From positions 185,134-249,133 of the forward strand of contig NMRA01000610.1 in assembly GCA_002633005.1 (NCBI GenBank): a DNA stretch of 64,000 nt. The letters run 5' to 3'. Source of the DNA: Phoronis australis. Lineage: Eukaryota > Animalia > Phoronida. Numbering within the stretch: the stretch's first letter is position 1; every line of letters starts with the position of its first letter. This document shows positions 60,856-64,000 of the stretch, in pieces. The translations under genes were made by a program, and so were the position numbers. A model generated the notes under the pieces. It searched no databases, was not told the DNA's origin, and saw only the letters and a program-made list of their open reading frames with translations.

Positions 60856-63800
60856 CTAGTTAAAGTAAAGCACTTCATTAGCCATAATTATGCGTCTCGT
60901 CAATGTCACAGCTCCGTTAAAGATCATCAGGGAAGATAGCTCACTACAGTAGTCTGGTTTATGAGATTTTACCAGCGGGACTCCACTTCATGCCCTGTGT
61001 GCCCTGGTAGACTATCAACACTGAACTCATTGTCTTTGACATGCCTGTGCTCAGTTTCAAAGCACATCTGAGAACAGCACGTGTAACTAACACTGGAAAG
61101 CAACTTGGACCTCTGACCAGAGGCAAACCAAAGATAACAAGTACTGAAACCAATCTATGACAAAATCTCTTCAATTTTGGACAACAATAATATTGTCAAA
61201 AGTATTCATTTGTTAAAGACATATAACATTGTTGTGAAAGTCTTATGGTAACCACAGTAATATGTATTCAGAATAAATTATCTTTTATAAAAATAATGTC
61301 TTAAATGCATGTAGAAGCATAATTTCTCTTGTATTTTGAATTTGCTTCATTTCAAATCAAATAAATTAATTTTTCATTTTATCCCTGGCACTTATTTGAT
61401 GCAAAAACAGTAAATAATAATGGCCACTAAATGTCTAACCCAAAGTATAAATTCTTAACACATTCTCGAATGAACAAAAAACACATAGCCAAAAATAAAT
61501 AAAAAATATATGTCTTGTGAAGTATTTTATGTAGAAATTCAGATTAAATAACATCCAGCCCAGAAATTTCAGTACATTCCCCAACCCAGAAATTTAAGCG
61601 CAGAAATTTCTGCGCTAAACAGTGAGCAGATATTTCTGCACGTGACACAACAGAGCGCTGAAATGCACTAAAAATAACATTTTTACCCAAAATGATGGAA
61701 ATCTAGGATCAGAAGAAAATCTGTAACTTTTCAGGTGCGAAAAAGGGAATCAGTGGAAATTCCTTTTTATAATAAAAATTTTTTGCACTAGCAAATAGAT
61801 GGCGTTACTGGCTGCGTAATGATCACACGAATTTTCCTGTAATAATTCAATGGAACAGTTAGATATCAAGTATGCCATTCCGGTGTTTGTAAGGCTTACG
61901 TAGGTACGTGATAAACTCAACCATGATGAAAATAGCAGCTATGAAGGTGAGAATCAATGTCCACAGGAAAACAAACAAGGGCTGTTGACAGTATAAACAC
62001 CAGCGTAAGAGCAATGAACTGTTATACACACACGCGCGCACACACACACATACACAAGCTGCAGACACCAGATTGACAGACCAAGACGACAATCATTGCA
62101 AAATCTATTCAAATTAATCTTGGATTTTTGCATAGCTTGACAATGTTTACAGTTTCAACTGCAAAGGAAACCACAGAGTTACCTTTTTGAAGTACATTGA
62201 TCTTGACTAACTTCAAAACCACGGTATGCAAATTTGAACTACTAGCTGTACTTGATTGATTGATTAAGCTCTTTATGCATATGCTGGCTTTTGGACCACG
62301 TCTGACTTATCCCACAGTACAACAGGTTGTATAATCAGGGACAACAACCCTAACACTAGGGTGTGATTTGGGTTGCGACTCTGGGGTGCAGCGCTGAGGT
62401 GCAACCCTGGGGTATGACCGGTGGAAACACACTCAGACAGTAGAATTCGGTTAAGCCAAGACACTGCCTTTTCTAATAGATTATGGACGTCTGAAATTTT
62501 TACAACCAGAGGGAGAGAGAGACCTGACTGGGACCAGGAGGATGGCCGATAAAAGTCACCACAAGCAAAGCATGGTTCCTTTTCCGAGTGAACATGACTT
62601 TTGCAGGATCTCATTTCTGTATAACAGTACACGAAACTTGTAATTGCAGTACCACAATTCTCTTGTATAGCCAGCAATAGACTTTTGAAAGCTGCACACC
62701 TCACACTGTGCATATTTTGATAAAAAATGTTATTATACTGAAGAATGGAAGCAGACTGTGTCTTTCTCAATAATCTATATTTTGTAACTGTAATTATCAT
62801 TATCATTATGATATTATTTTTGTTATTAAATAACCCATGTGTAAATTTCTTTATTATTGGTTATGAGTGGAAAAACCTTAATTCAAGAAATTAAAATAAA
62901 TACGACATACAGGACTGAACGGGACATAAACGTCTTGGCCCAGCCCCTAATCTCGCAACCACCTGCATCTGAAGCAGATGTCAGTACCACACAAGAAGTA
63001 ATTATACACATATTTCTGGCAATACACAGAGAAAATCAACCCATTTGAATTGGGCACAATGCAAACATAAAACACAGTACTAAAATAAGAACACTCTTGT
63101 GTAATTCAATGGAGGAAGGAGTCTTTCATTCTGCTAAATTATTGCATTGAAATGGTCACCATTTGGCCTTTGTGAAAGGCAAATGGTGGGAGGTAAACAC
63201 AGCATTTCCACATACAAGAACAACTACTGCATTTAGCAGAATGGTCTAACACACACTATGAACTGCAAGTAATCTGACAAAACTATGCAACCAACTTAGA
63301 GGGGTAAATCTACAGTCATGAAAAGAATTGCAAATTGTTGGCAGTGAAAGTAATCTGAGAAAAAAGGAATTGTTAGAATTAAATGACCTGACAAAGTAAA
63401 TAACAGGTGTGACCAGGTAGACTGGAAATTGGTCCGATAAGAGATGAAAAAGTTCAACTGGAATAAAACAAAGAACAAAACAAAAAACAAACAAAACGTT
63501 GTTTACGTGCAAAAAGAAAGTACCCAGTAACCGTGTCAAATACAGGGGAGATAACACTTCGTGCCACCGAAATCCAGTCGAGTTGGTGACACATTGTATA
63601 CTTTTCTCACTAAATTAATTTCATCCAATTTCTTAGTCAAATATCAGGCAACTTTCATGAGGCCATAACCTCATCGCATGACTGCAAGTCTACCTACGTA
63701 GCCATCATTCTGAAGATGATTGCAGCTAGGGATGGCCGAAAACATTCAGTTTTAATATTCAATTGCACTTCATGATATTTTCTTAACATTGCAACATTAC

Positions 63801-64000
63801 TAGTATGTATGTGATTCATACAACCTTTCACTACTTAACCTATAAAATTGACCTCACCTTGTTGTTACTGATCAGATAAGATTTCAGGGCCTTAGAAGAC
63901 CACACTCAGTTGTAATTGCTTGTAGCCAAGCTCAGCACGAGTTGGAAAAAACCCAAGGGCCCGTTTAATGAAAGGTCACAACTCCGGTCATAATTAAGAC

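Noticed and set aside
62273-62806. Longest ORF in the track (177 aa, minus strand)
   Set aside because: No recognisable domain and a low-complexity start; only part may be a dynein 5' exon.
1-64000. Plus-strand ORFs or a nested gene; U12 or GC-AG introns
   Set aside because: Many plus-strand ORFs are antisense shadows of dynein exons and I found no coherent exon chain; all traced introns are GT-AG without U12 donor consensus.

Overview
AT-rich eukaryotic (invertebrate-like animal) genomic DNA. Almost the whole window is one minus-strand gene: an inner-arm axonemal dynein heavy chain of the DNAH3/7/12 group, most like DNAH3. By hand I traced 66 GT-AG exons from 60855 down to 367 with consistent intron phases. 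They cover the N-terminal tail, linker, AAA1-AAA4, stalk/MTBD, AAA5 and AAA6. The C-terminus lies left of the window and the first coding exon is unresolved. Two segments next to N gaps are duplicated and look like uncollapsed haplotypes. Introns carry tRNA-derived SINEs, MITE/foldback elements and minisatellites. Best signals: (1) a young TSD-flanked palindromic insertion carrying two intact minimal type-I hammerhead ribozymes (Penelope-like), plus older degenerate relatives; (2) frame-preserving, phase-matched cassette exons of 108, 9 and 15 nt, one in each of the three longest introns of the traced exon chain; (3) repeated tandem amplification of exon-end/5' splice-donor junctions, one of which differs in copy number between the two apparent haplotypes. 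No database searches were run; family names come from recalled motifs.
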